In this document: positions 38,236-46,080 of the stretch, in pieces
Position numbering within the stretch: position 1 is the stretch's first letter
Layout of the letters: each line of letters starts with the position of its first letter
The notes under the pieces: generated by a model
What the model was told of the DNA's origin: nothing
The model's database searches: none
What the model saw: only the letters and a program-made list of their open reading frames with translations
Origin: an uncultured archaeon
GTDB taxonomy: Archaea > Asgardarchaeota > Lokiarchaeia > Sigyniarchaeales > SOKP01
Direction of reading: 5' to 3'
Length of the DNA: 46,080 nucleotides
Assembly (NCBI GenBank): GCA_964388035.1
Contig: CAYLZE010000033.1
Location: 1 to 46,080 of the forward strand
Made by a program: the position numbers and the translations under genes

Positions 38236-39891
38236 ATGGCGAAATTTGCTTGTGACACTTCAGTCATATTTAATGGCATAATTCTTGATTTAATTGAAGA
38301 TGGAGAATTGGGAGATACTCCCGAAATTTTCATAACTAATGTTGTAGTTGCAGAAATAGAATATCGAACAAATATTAACAAGGAATTAGGTTATTATGGA
38401 TTAAACGTGCTGAAAAAGCTTAGAAAATGGGATCAAAAAGGCAAAATCAAGCTCCAAATCGTAGGAACTCGCCCTTCGAGAGAAGCAATTAAAATGGCGC
38501 CGGGGGGAGAACTCGATGCTCTGATTAGAAAATCAGCTTTGGAATCAGGAACAATATTAATTACTTCTGATCGAATTCAAGGCGATTTAGGTATTTTTGA
38601 AGGGCTAGAAGTAATGTCAGTGAAAGAAAGGGTAAGCTCAAAACCAAAATCTCCATTATCTCTTAAAATCTTGGATTATTTTGATGACAATGTGATGAGT
38701 GTTCACATCAAAAGAGATTTACCCCCTTATGCTAAGAAAGGGGAACCGGGGAATTGGTACATGGTTAAAGTTCGAGACGAGATTATTGATTCTAAATTAA
38801 TCGAAGAAATTGCGTTAGAAATTATAGAATTTGTACGAGAGGATAATCAATCTTTTATTGAAATTGAAAAATTCGGGGCTGTAGTGGCTCAACTTCGAGA
38901 ATTTAGAATAGTAATTACCAGACCTCCTTTTTCCAATAATGTAGAAATTACTGCAGTAAGACCGCTGGTGGTCAAAACCCTTGCGGATTATTCTTTAGAT
39001 CCAAGATTAATTAGAAGATTGGAAAAAGCCGAGGGAATCATGGTGTGCGGTCCTCCCGGTGCAGGAAAATCTACCTTTGCTGCGGCTCTGGCAAACTTTT
39101 ACTTAGAGAAAGAAAAAGTTGTAAAGACATTAGAAAGCGTCAGAGACCTGCAAGTCAATCCAGAGATAACCCAATATACAAAATTGGAAGGAAGTATGGA
39201 AAATTCTGCCGATATTTTATTGTTAGTGAGACCGGATTATACCATATTCGATGAAGTTCGCGTATATGAAGATTTTAAAATTTTTGCTGATTTTAGATTA
39301 TCTGGTGTAGGAATGGTAGGAGTCGTTCATAGTTCTTCGGCAATAGACGCAGTGCAAAGGTTTATTGGGAGAATTGAATTGGGAATGCTACCTTCTGTTA
39401 TTGACACGATAATTTTTATCGAGGGAGGATCTGTCTCTGCTGTTCTGATTTTAATAATGGTCGTAAAATTGCCTCATGGGTTCCGAGATAAAGATCTAGC
39501 TCGTCCAGTCATCGAGGTAAGGAATTATCTTACCGGAGAGCTTGATTTTGAAATTTATTCTTTTGGTCAGGACGTGGTTGTTAATCCCATAAAATCAAAG
39601 AAGCAGGGCGGGAGAGAAGGGAATCTACTTGACTTTTCAGCATCGCAAGATCATGCCTTGAAAAATAAGTTTATTAAACTCGACATTCATGTCAAAAAGG
39701 ATAAGATCCTATTAATAGCTGATCCTCAGTACGCCAGTCAAAATATTAATGTGTATGCCAATGGTAATCAGATTTTCAGTGGATCATTAAGCAGAAATGC
39801 GGATATTAACCTTTCTCTTTCAAACAAGGAAGCTAAAAAAATACTGAAACAGTATGATAAACATAAAGATATTTATGCGGAAATTAGGTGA
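38236..39891 (+). CDS. PINA-type PIN-domain ATPase
   Basis: CDTSVI (PIN), GELDALIR, MSVHIK, EITAVRP, GPPGAGKSTF, RPDYTIFDEVR, GMVGVVH. Confidence 0.93.
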   Translation: MAKFACDTSVIFNGIILDLIEDGELGDTPEIFITNVVVAEIEYRTNINKELGYYGLNVLKKLRKWDQKGKIKLQIVGTRPSREAIKMAPGGELDALIRKSALESGTILITSDRIQGDLGIFEGLEVMSVKERVSSKPKSPLSLKILDYFDDNVMSVHIKRDLPPYAKKGEPGNWYMVKVRDEIIDSKLIEEIALEIIEFVREDNQSFIEIEKFGAVVAQLREFRIVITRPPFSNNVEITAVRPLVVKTLADYSLDPRLIRRLEKAEGIMVCGPPGAGKSTFAAALANFYLEKEKVVKTLESVRDLQVNPEITQYTKLEGSMENSADILLLVRPDYTIFDEVRVYEDFKIFADFRLSGVGMVGVVHSSSAIDAVQRFIGRIELGMLPSVIDTIIFIEGGSVSAVLILIMVVKLPHGFRDKDLARPVIEVRNYLTGELDFEIYSFGQDVVVNPIKSKKQGGREGNLLDFSASQDHALKNKFIKLDIHVKKDKILLIADPQYASQNINVYANGNQIFSGSLSRNADINLSLSNKEAKKILKQYDKHKDIYAEIR

Positions 39892-39920
39892 TTCCTATTC
39901 TTTTTAGTTACTTTATTTAG

Positions 39921-40682
39921 TTAATTTTTTCCAAGCAGTTGTTTAACCTTTTTGAGTATATCAGGTAGTACTTCAGCAATACTATTATTAAATCTTAAAT
40001 CCGCGACATCATCATAAGGAGTTTCTCCCCTATTTAATATAATAAGTTTTGCGCCTCTACTTTTTGCAATACCTGGCAGGTTTGCGGCGGGTGTTACTAG
40101 CAACGAAGATCCTATTACAAAGAAAACATCACAATTTTCTGATCGTGTAATTGCTTCAAGTAATTCATCTTCGGGTAAAGGATCACCAAAATTTACGACA
40201 GTAGAAATTAATCTTCCCTTACAATCAGGACATGATGGTTGATTTGGTTTGACTCTTGTAGTTCTATATCCAGCGCCCCATTTCGTTTTATCCCAACCCG
40301 CTTCTTCAAAAGTCATTTTTTTCCCGCAATTCAAGCATTTCATGAAATACATGTTTCCATGAAGCTCGCTTATTTTGTCAAAAGGAATTCCCGATTTTAC
40401 ATGCAAGCCATCCACGTTTTGGGATATCAGATAATCTAATATACCCATTTCCAATAACTCTACAATGACGTAATGTCCTTGGTTAGGATGGACTTGATCC
40501 CAGGGTATCGTTTTCTTTACGGGTAGACCTTTTTCCTGTCGAGTCCAAATCCCATCAGGCCCTCTAAAATCTGGTAGACCAGAATCAGTGGAGATCCCTG
40601 CTCCCGTGAAGACTACGAGATTTTTAGAATTAATGATCCATTTCGCAGCCGTATTAATTTTTTCTTCTAATTCCAAGTTCAA
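39921..40682 (-). CDS. Sir2 family NAD-dependent deacylase (class IV-like motifs)
   Basis: GAGISTDSGLPDFRGPDGIWT, SQNVDGLH, ELHGNM, CLNC/CPDC, GSSLLVTPAA. Confidence 0.95.
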   Translation of the reverse strand: MNLELEEKINTAAKWIINSKNLVVFTGAGISTDSGLPDFRGPDGIWTRQEKGLPVKKTIPWDQVHPNQGHYVIVELLEMGILDYLISQNVDGLHVKSGIPFDKISELHGNMYFMKCLNCGKKMTFEEAGWDKTKWGAGYRTTRVKPNQPSCPDCKGRLISTVVNFGDPLPEDELLEAITRSENCDVFFVIGSSLLVTPAANLPGIAKSRGAKLIILNRGETPYDDVADLRFNNSIAEVLPDILKKVKQLLGKN

Positions 40683-40804
40683 TTACCTTTCTCTACTTAT
40701 ATTACAGCAATTATTCATAATTCTAACGCTTTTATAAAATCTAATGTTTAGGTAAAAAACCAATCATAGCTCTTTTAAATAAAAAATTTGAAGTATAAGA
40801 AGTT

Positions 40805-42079
40805 TTATTTAATAATACTTAAATCAATTCCTTTTGTTTCTTTAATGAAAAAGTAAACGAGGGGAACATTGATAAAGATTAGTAGGCTCATGACCAGAAA
40901 GGAAAAGGCTAATCCAAAATATAGGGTAATTAAACTGCTTATTAATAATCCCAAAGTTATCCCCGCAGCATTGATTAAGCCTTTCAATCCACCACTGGTG
41001 CCTCTTGCGTTAGTGGGGGATATCTCTATAATTACAAGACGAATGACAACTCCTAATCCCCAATAGCTAATATTAGCAAGTCCCGCTCCAAGGCAGACAA
41101 TGATTAATGCATTCGCTTCCAGTAAACTTCCAACGATTACAAGAATTATAGAAATAGGTAATAATATAGAGTAAGCATAGAACAAGGGTTTTCGCCCATA
41201 TTTATCTGCAACCACCCCCGTAATCAAGTATCCAAACACCACTGAAATGCTCATGACTAACACCACGATATTAATGTCGTTTTGATCCAAATTTGGGCTG
41301 CTTGAAATAAAGCTTTCTCCCAATGTGATAAAAATGTAATTTAATCCCGTAAAGAAAGTAATTAAAAGAACGGAAACAAGTTCTTTTTTCCTTTCATGAA
41401 TGAAGAGAATTTTTAAATTTTGTTTCAAAAGGTTTGAGCGCTCTTCGATGTTCTCCAATTGTTTTTTTTCTTTCATTTCCTTGTATTTGGATGTCTCTTT
41501 AAAAGTGAACAAAATTAGGATACTTAAAGGAATTCCCAGAATTATGGCAAAATAAGTCATCCCCCTCCAATTTGAAATGGTATCTGTTATGTAGATGGAA
41601 CGAAATACAGGAAGAAGTATCGCCCCCGTGACTCCTCCAATTAGTATAATGTTAGTCCACAAAGCCCTTCTCTCGGGTGGACTCTCTTCATTAATGTAAA
41701 TAACCCACATGTCGCTAGAAAAAAAAATGTATAACATCAACAGGAAAATGGTATATTGAATAATATTTTGAGAAAATAGAAGGAGGAGGGAAGAAAATCC
41801 CATCCCGAAAACAGTGAATACTAAAAGAATTTTTCTTCCTACCTTATCTGCCGCTAATTGATTAAAGAATACTACATACATGCCAATTGTGGCAATTGCG
41901 ATGCATAAAGCGTAGATAGAATTAGCAACATTGGATGGGTACTCTGATAAAAATTCTTCGATAATTCGTGATGGGATAACATTAGGATAATTTGTGGTGT
42001 ACGTATCTAAAATCTCCACAAACATCAAAGTGATAATCATGAATATGAAATAAGATTTGGAGCTTTTTTTATCATTCAT
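40805..42079 (-). CDS. MFS transporter
   Basis: 12 TM; ADKVGRK and ADKYGRK, EESPPERRA, EISPTNARG, KETKG. Confidence 0.93.
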   Translation of the reverse strand: MNDKKSSKSYFIFMIITLMFVEILDTYTTNYPNVIPSRIIEEFLSEYPSNVANSIYALCIAIATIGMYVVFFNQLAADKVGRKILLVFTVFGMGFSSLLLLFSQNIIQYTIFLLMLYIFFSSDMWVIYINEESPPERRALWTNIILIGGVTGAILLPVFRSIYITDTISNWRGMTYFAIILGIPLSILILFTFKETSKYKEMKEKKQLENIEERSNLLKQNLKILFIHERKKELVSVLLITFFTGLNYIFITLGESFISSSPNLDQNDINIVVLVMSISVVFGYLITGVVADKYGRKPLFYAYSILLPISIILVIVGSLLEANALIIVCLGAGLANISYWGLGVVIRLVIIEISPTNARGTSGGLKGLINAAGITLGLLISSLITLYFGLAFSFLVMSLLIFINVPLVYFFIKETKGIDLSIIK

Positions 42080-42103
42080 AGTAATAATTTCGGTGTCTTA
42101 ATA

Positions 42104-42826
42104 TTAAAGCGTATTCAATTTTTCAAGAAATGAACGGAAGTTATTTTCAAGAGAATAATACTGAATCATGTTCATGGGTTCTTGATAATCATTCAATCGT
42201 TTTAAATCATGAGAATCACATCCTACTGTCACGGGTATTTGTTCTTGTTTTAATTTCAAGAAGAATTCCTTGTTTTTATAAGAATAAAATTCCGGATATC
42301 GCGAATTAAATTCGAAGTAAATGGAATGAGTTTTTAATAATTCAATCAATGGTTCTAAAGAATTATTCAAGAAATAAAAAGGATCAAAATGGGCTAATCC
42401 AATTAATGGAAATACATCTTCAGTAAATCCATCTTTCCAAAATTGAATAAGTTCTCCTGTCATCAGAAGTCCTTCATCAGTTTCAAGATATTCTATTAAA
42501 ATGATATCATAATCTTCTGGATGGATCAGATCTTTGATAAACGTTTCCGAGCTTCCAAGATCTATCTCAATTCCCTTGTAAAGTCTCAAATTGTTATCCT
42601 TTTTTAACTGATTTTTATAATAATTCAAAATTTTCAAGTAATTGTTAATTTTTTCTGGACTATTTAAAGTCGGAATGATATTAGATTTCCAAGAATTAGA
42701 AAAATGATCCGTTATGGCTATATATTCCATTTTTAATTTCAGGGCCTTTTTAATGATTTGGTCTAGCGATGAATTACCATCTGAAAAATTAGAATGCACA
42801 TGCATGTTAATTCTTGGAAAATCCAT
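42104..42826 (-). CDS. PHP-domain phosphoesterase
   Basis: NMHVHSNFSDG, ITDH, GIEID, LAH, GCDSH. Confidence 0.92.
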   Translation of the reverse strand: MDFPRINMHVHSNFSDGNSSLDQIIKKALKLKMEYIAITDHFSNSWKSNIIPTLNSPEKINNYLKILNYYKNQLKKDNNLRLYKGIEIDLGSSETFIKDLIHPEDYDIILIEYLETDEGLLMTGELIQFWKDGFTEDVFPLIGLAHFDPFYFLNNSLEPLIELLKTHSIYFEFNSRYPEFYSYKNKEFFLKLKQEQIPVTVGCDSHDLKRLNDYQEPMNMIQYYSLENNFRSFLEKLNTL

Positions 42827-42984
42827 GGATATTAAAATGAATAATTGGAGAAAAAACCTTATTTTAAATGAAATAAATATATGAGGTTTTAATTAAATTA
42901 ATTTAATCCTATCAAGGTTCTCTACCAACAAGAGAAGAAAATTATAAAAAAAACCTAATATATCGAAAATTAGCGATTAGAATC

Positions 42985-44442
42985 CTAACCTAAAAAATTT
43001 CTTCTATTTGCTGCAGAAAGGACTTTATTCGTCAAATCTTCTCTGAGATCTTTTTTAACGGAATCAAAAATATAATCCGTTAATTCTTGATGTTCTTCAT
43101 CCTTTTCAACATCAAGATCGAGTTCTTTTATTCTTTCAACAACTTTTTTGGGCATGAGAACCTGATTTGGATTATAAAATTTCAAGGCATCCGATAAATC
43201 TTTCTCAAGATACTTATATTGAGTTAAAACAAAGTCATAATCCTCTTGAGTAAGAGCATTTAACCCCAATAATTCTGGAGGAATGCCAATGGAATAAAGA
43301 GATGCAGTAAAGCCAATTGCTCGGGGAAGACAACTTTCTCCTAAAGCTCGACAATAGCCGAATATACCCGTGTGCATTTTTCTCCTTCTTCTCGGAGGAA
43401 TTATATTAGAAATCTTATTGATCATTGGAGCTAATTCCAAAACTTGTTTATCATACTCTTTAGAATATTTTTCAATTATTCCGAGGCATCTCTCTTCCTC
43501 CATATGTTGAGGTTTCTTTCTATGAGCAGCACGTATTTTATTAATTCCTTCGGTTGCTAACTTGGGGGGATAATCATATTTAAAAGCAGACTGGATAGTA
43601 AAGGTTTGTATACTTGGATATTCGTCCATTACCCTTTCTACTGAATTGGGGTTTAGATTTCCTCTAAATGGAGCAGATCCCACTCCAATAATCGGGTAAA
43701 AATCTATACTTAATTCTTCGGAGAGGTGTTGAATCTTTTGATGAGAAACTTTGTTAGCGAGTACTGTTGCAATGAGTCCCGAGTTCATGGCAGGATCTGA
43801 TCGAGCAAAAAATACTCTTTGGTACTCCAAGTTTTTACCCTTCAAGTATTCTTTGAGAATAGAATCTGCATTTAAGATGTGTTCTACATCTTCTATTAAA
43901 GGGATTACATTAATCGAAAGAGGTTCAAAAGATCCAATCCATTCTTTTACAGTGATTTCTCCATGAGCAATGGGAAGTGTTTGTTGCCCTACGACAAAAT
44001 TATGATAATAATTATAAATTCGATCAAGCCCTTGTCCAGAAACCGTCATCGGAAGGATTACTTCGAAAATTGGGGCAACATCATCTTCAAAAACAAGCTG
44101 AGAAGCATCAAATTGTCGAGGAATGCTTTCAAGAGTTTCCACCACGATTTTTGCTTCTGCCGTTTCTTCTCTCGGATTAGGAACTCTCATCGTGAGAAAA
44201 ATATCTTTCCCCAATCTATGTTCCGAGAAATAATCGGGATATTTAGTTATGAGTTTTTTTACAACATAATTGTCCACTTCTTTTCCCTCTGCATCCCACA
44301 TTTGCTCATCGCAAAGTAAATGGGAATAAGCATAATATGCCTCCTTAATCTCATCTTCTCCCCCAAAATCGGGAGATTCCACAAAAAATGGAAGATGGAT
44401 GTTATCTGGATGTTGAGTGCTCATGCATCTTGGTATTTTCAT
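42985..44442 (-). CDS. ppcA: Archaeal-type phosphoenolpyruvate carboxylase
   Basis: IPRCMSTQHPDN, EQMWDAEGK, ARSDPAMN, GSAPFRG, TIQSAFKYD, LPRAIGFT. Confidence 0.97.
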   Translation of the reverse strand: MKIPRCMSTQHPDNIHLPFFVESPDFGGEDEIKEAYYAYSHLLCDEQMWDAEGKEVDNYVVKKLITKYPDYFSEHRLGKDIFLTMRVPNPREETAEAKIVVETLESIPRQFDASQLVFEDDVAPIFEVILPMTVSGQGLDRIYNYYHNFVVGQQTLPIAHGEITVKEWIGSFEPLSINVIPLIEDVEHILNADSILKEYLKGKNLEYQRVFFARSDPAMNSGLIATVLANKVSHQKIQHLSEELSIDFYPIIGVGSAPFRGNLNPNSVERVMDEYPSIQTFTIQSAFKYDYPPKLATEGINKIRAAHRKKPQHMEEERCLGIIEKYSKEYDKQVLELAPMINKISNIIPPRRRRKMHTGIFGYCRALGESCLPRAIGFTASLYSIGIPPELLGLNALTQEDYDFVLTQYKYLEKDLSDALKFYNPNQVLMPKKVVERIKELDLDVEKDEEHQELTDYIFDSVKKDLREDLTNKVLSAANRRNFLG

Positions 44443-44601
44443 ATTAATCGTTCGAATAAAAAGTTAATTCTTCATTCTGTTAAGATTTGTTCTATATTAG
44501 GAAGAAAAGTATAATAAATTACCCGCATGTAATACTTAACTTTTTTGTTTCTCGTAAGAATTATAGTATTTCTCTTAAGTCATACATTTATTTTGTATAC
44601 T

Positions 44602-46011
44602 CTAATAATTAAAAATGTTAAACAGATTAAAATAGAAGAAATATTGCCATAAAATCAAGAGAATACTTATCACAAAACAGATTAATATAAAAAAGGATCT
44701 CCCTTGATACTGAGTTTTAAATTCATGATAAAATATATTCCATCTCTTAATAAGAGTTCCATCCTTCTGTTTTTGAAGCTCATTGTTTTCGAGTTTAGTA
44801 AGACTAAATTGCTTTTTAAACGAATCAGCTTTTACTGAGAACATTTTAGTCGGTCTGAATATAAAAATGGTGAGTAGGAGTAAAACAATAACTCCAAAAG
44901 TTAGATCTAACAAGAGATTTGAGATGATTATATCAAAATTGAGATAATTAATTACCAAGAAATTTTGGATAACTTTGAAGGGAATAGCTATATACAACAC
45001 AGTTAAACAAATAATCCAGAAAACGTCAAAAGGTTCTAAATTGTATTTTTTTTGAAGAGTTAAATTGGAATTCATGTAAAAATAAGTCTGATAATAATTA
45101 GATTTTTCAGCAAATTCTGTTTTGTTTCCCTTTTTTTCTTCTATATTAATGGGAGTTTTTCTAACTTCTTTTGAAAAAAGATAAATTCCCATAATTAGTA
45201 AGAAATGCGATATTAGAGTCTGATCTACAGCTAATGTTGTCATAAAAGCACTAATACTAAAAATACCATAAAAAAGAAAGAAAATGGAACTACATAAATT
45301 AAATTTATTTGAATTTTGAAAATAGTTTTTTAAAGTATATTTCTCTTGGTCACCTTGTTTTAAATTTAGGCTGAGGATAAATCCCTTAATTACTTTATTT
45401 GAATTTCTAAATGGTTCGAACCATAATTCATATCGCCCCTCTTTAGTAAAAATTTCCAAAAACCATTGGGGAAACATGAATAAAATGACCATTCCCAAGA
45501 ATGTTCCGATCATGGATATTAAAGTAATGAGAGCCGTAAGATTTACTAAGGAAGTGATGAATGGTTGATTGAAATTTAGGATCATGTAATAATAATTAAA
45601 AATCAAATAAGGAACGAATAGAAATAACCACAAATACTTGATTCCAATCTCATTATTTGTTAATCTAATTAATAAAATGTCGGATCTCTTGAAAAGGGTT
45701 TCATTCCGAAGAAAATACCTTTTTTCCTCAAATGTGATCGTATCTTCCTTTTGAAATATTTTTCCTTTAAAATAGCTAAAAATGACATACAAGATTAAAC
45801 CAATCCCTACTAATAATGGAATTAATCCGGCACTCACGAAGTAACTGGGGCCTTGAAACGTCATTATGGAGCCCGTAGGAACGTGTCTTCCCGAAAGAGG
45901 TTGAAATATTATGAGATCTAAAATTCCAACGCCCAAAAGTAGTAGAGAGGCAATGAATCTCTTCCAAGAGAACGATGTGAATTTGATTTCAGCAGTATTA
46001 GTCATTTTCAT
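44602..46011 (-). CDS. Hypothetical multi-pass membrane protein
   Basis: 469 aa, about 9 hydrophobic segments in pairs separated by beta-rich soluble stretches. Confidence 0.7.
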   Translation of the reverse strand: MKMTNTAEIKFTSFSWKRFIASLLLLGVGILDLIIFQPLSGRHVPTGSIMTFQGPSYFVSAGLIPLLVGIGLILYVIFSYFKGKIFQKEDTITFEEKRYFLRNETLFKRSDILLIRLTNNEIGIKYLWLFLFVPYLIFNYYYMILNFNQPFITSLVNLTALITLISMIGTFLGMVILFMFPQWFLEIFTKEGRYELWFEPFRNSNKVIKGFILSLNLKQGDQEKYTLKNYFQNSNKFNLCSSIFFLFYGIFSISAFMTTLAVDQTLISHFLLIMGIYLFSKEVRKTPINIEEKKGNKTEFAEKSNYYQTYFYMNSNLTLQKKYNLEPFDVFWIICLTVLYIAIPFKVIQNFLVINYLNFDIIISNLLLDLTFGVIVLLLLTIFIFRPTKMFSVKADSFKKQFSLTKLENNELQKQKDGTLIKRWNIFYHEFKTQYQGRSFFILICFVISILLILWQYFFYFNLFNIFNY

Positions 46012-46080
46012 TCTTAAAAAAGTTATTTATATTGTTCCTGGAAATAGATTTAAATATCTTCCAATATAGTAAGGAAGGAG

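Noticed and set aside
20640-40682. Sir2-HerA antiphage system
   Set aside because: The genes are about 17 kb apart, and the sirtuin is a Zn-binding deacylase type rather than a SIR2-like NADase effector
1990-45967. Numerous short antisense or overlapping ORFs in the track (e.g. 3691-4029, 7191-7574, 27055-27429, 35545-35910, 43963-44319)
   Set aside because: They overlap well-supported genes and lack recognisable motifs

Overview
AT-rich archaeal chromosomal window, most likely from an Asgard archaeon (Lokiarchaeia-like). The assignment is an inference from the gene set: SepCysS, archaeal PEP carboxylase, PINA ATPase, tRNA splicing endonuclease, Sm/Lsm, archaeal SepF, a ubiquitin-family protein, a SIRT6/7-like sirtuin and many bacterial-type catabolic enzymes. 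It holds about 42 intact CDSs. I recognised no rRNA, tRNA, CRISPR array, transposase or integrase. Features the ORF track misses: (1) a ribosomal protein L37e gene with two in-frame stops, lying convergent to a divergent Lsm gene; (2) a VapC toxin broken by an in-frame TAA, downstream of a triple-palindrome operator; (3) at least two genes (rubrerythrin, M24 peptidase) whose conserved N-termini have no ATG/GTG/TTG, with ACG or ATT at the Shine-Dalgarno-defined position instead; (4) an internally deleted DMT transporter copy. The best candidate new systems are a two-TM membrane protein fused to an intact Nudix hydrolase, and a divergent module of a wHTH/Zn-ribbon regulator, an inverted-repeat operator, a membrane-anchored HerA/VirB4-like ATPase and DUF488, next to a ubiquitin gene. 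All family calls come from reading motifs by eye; no searches were run.
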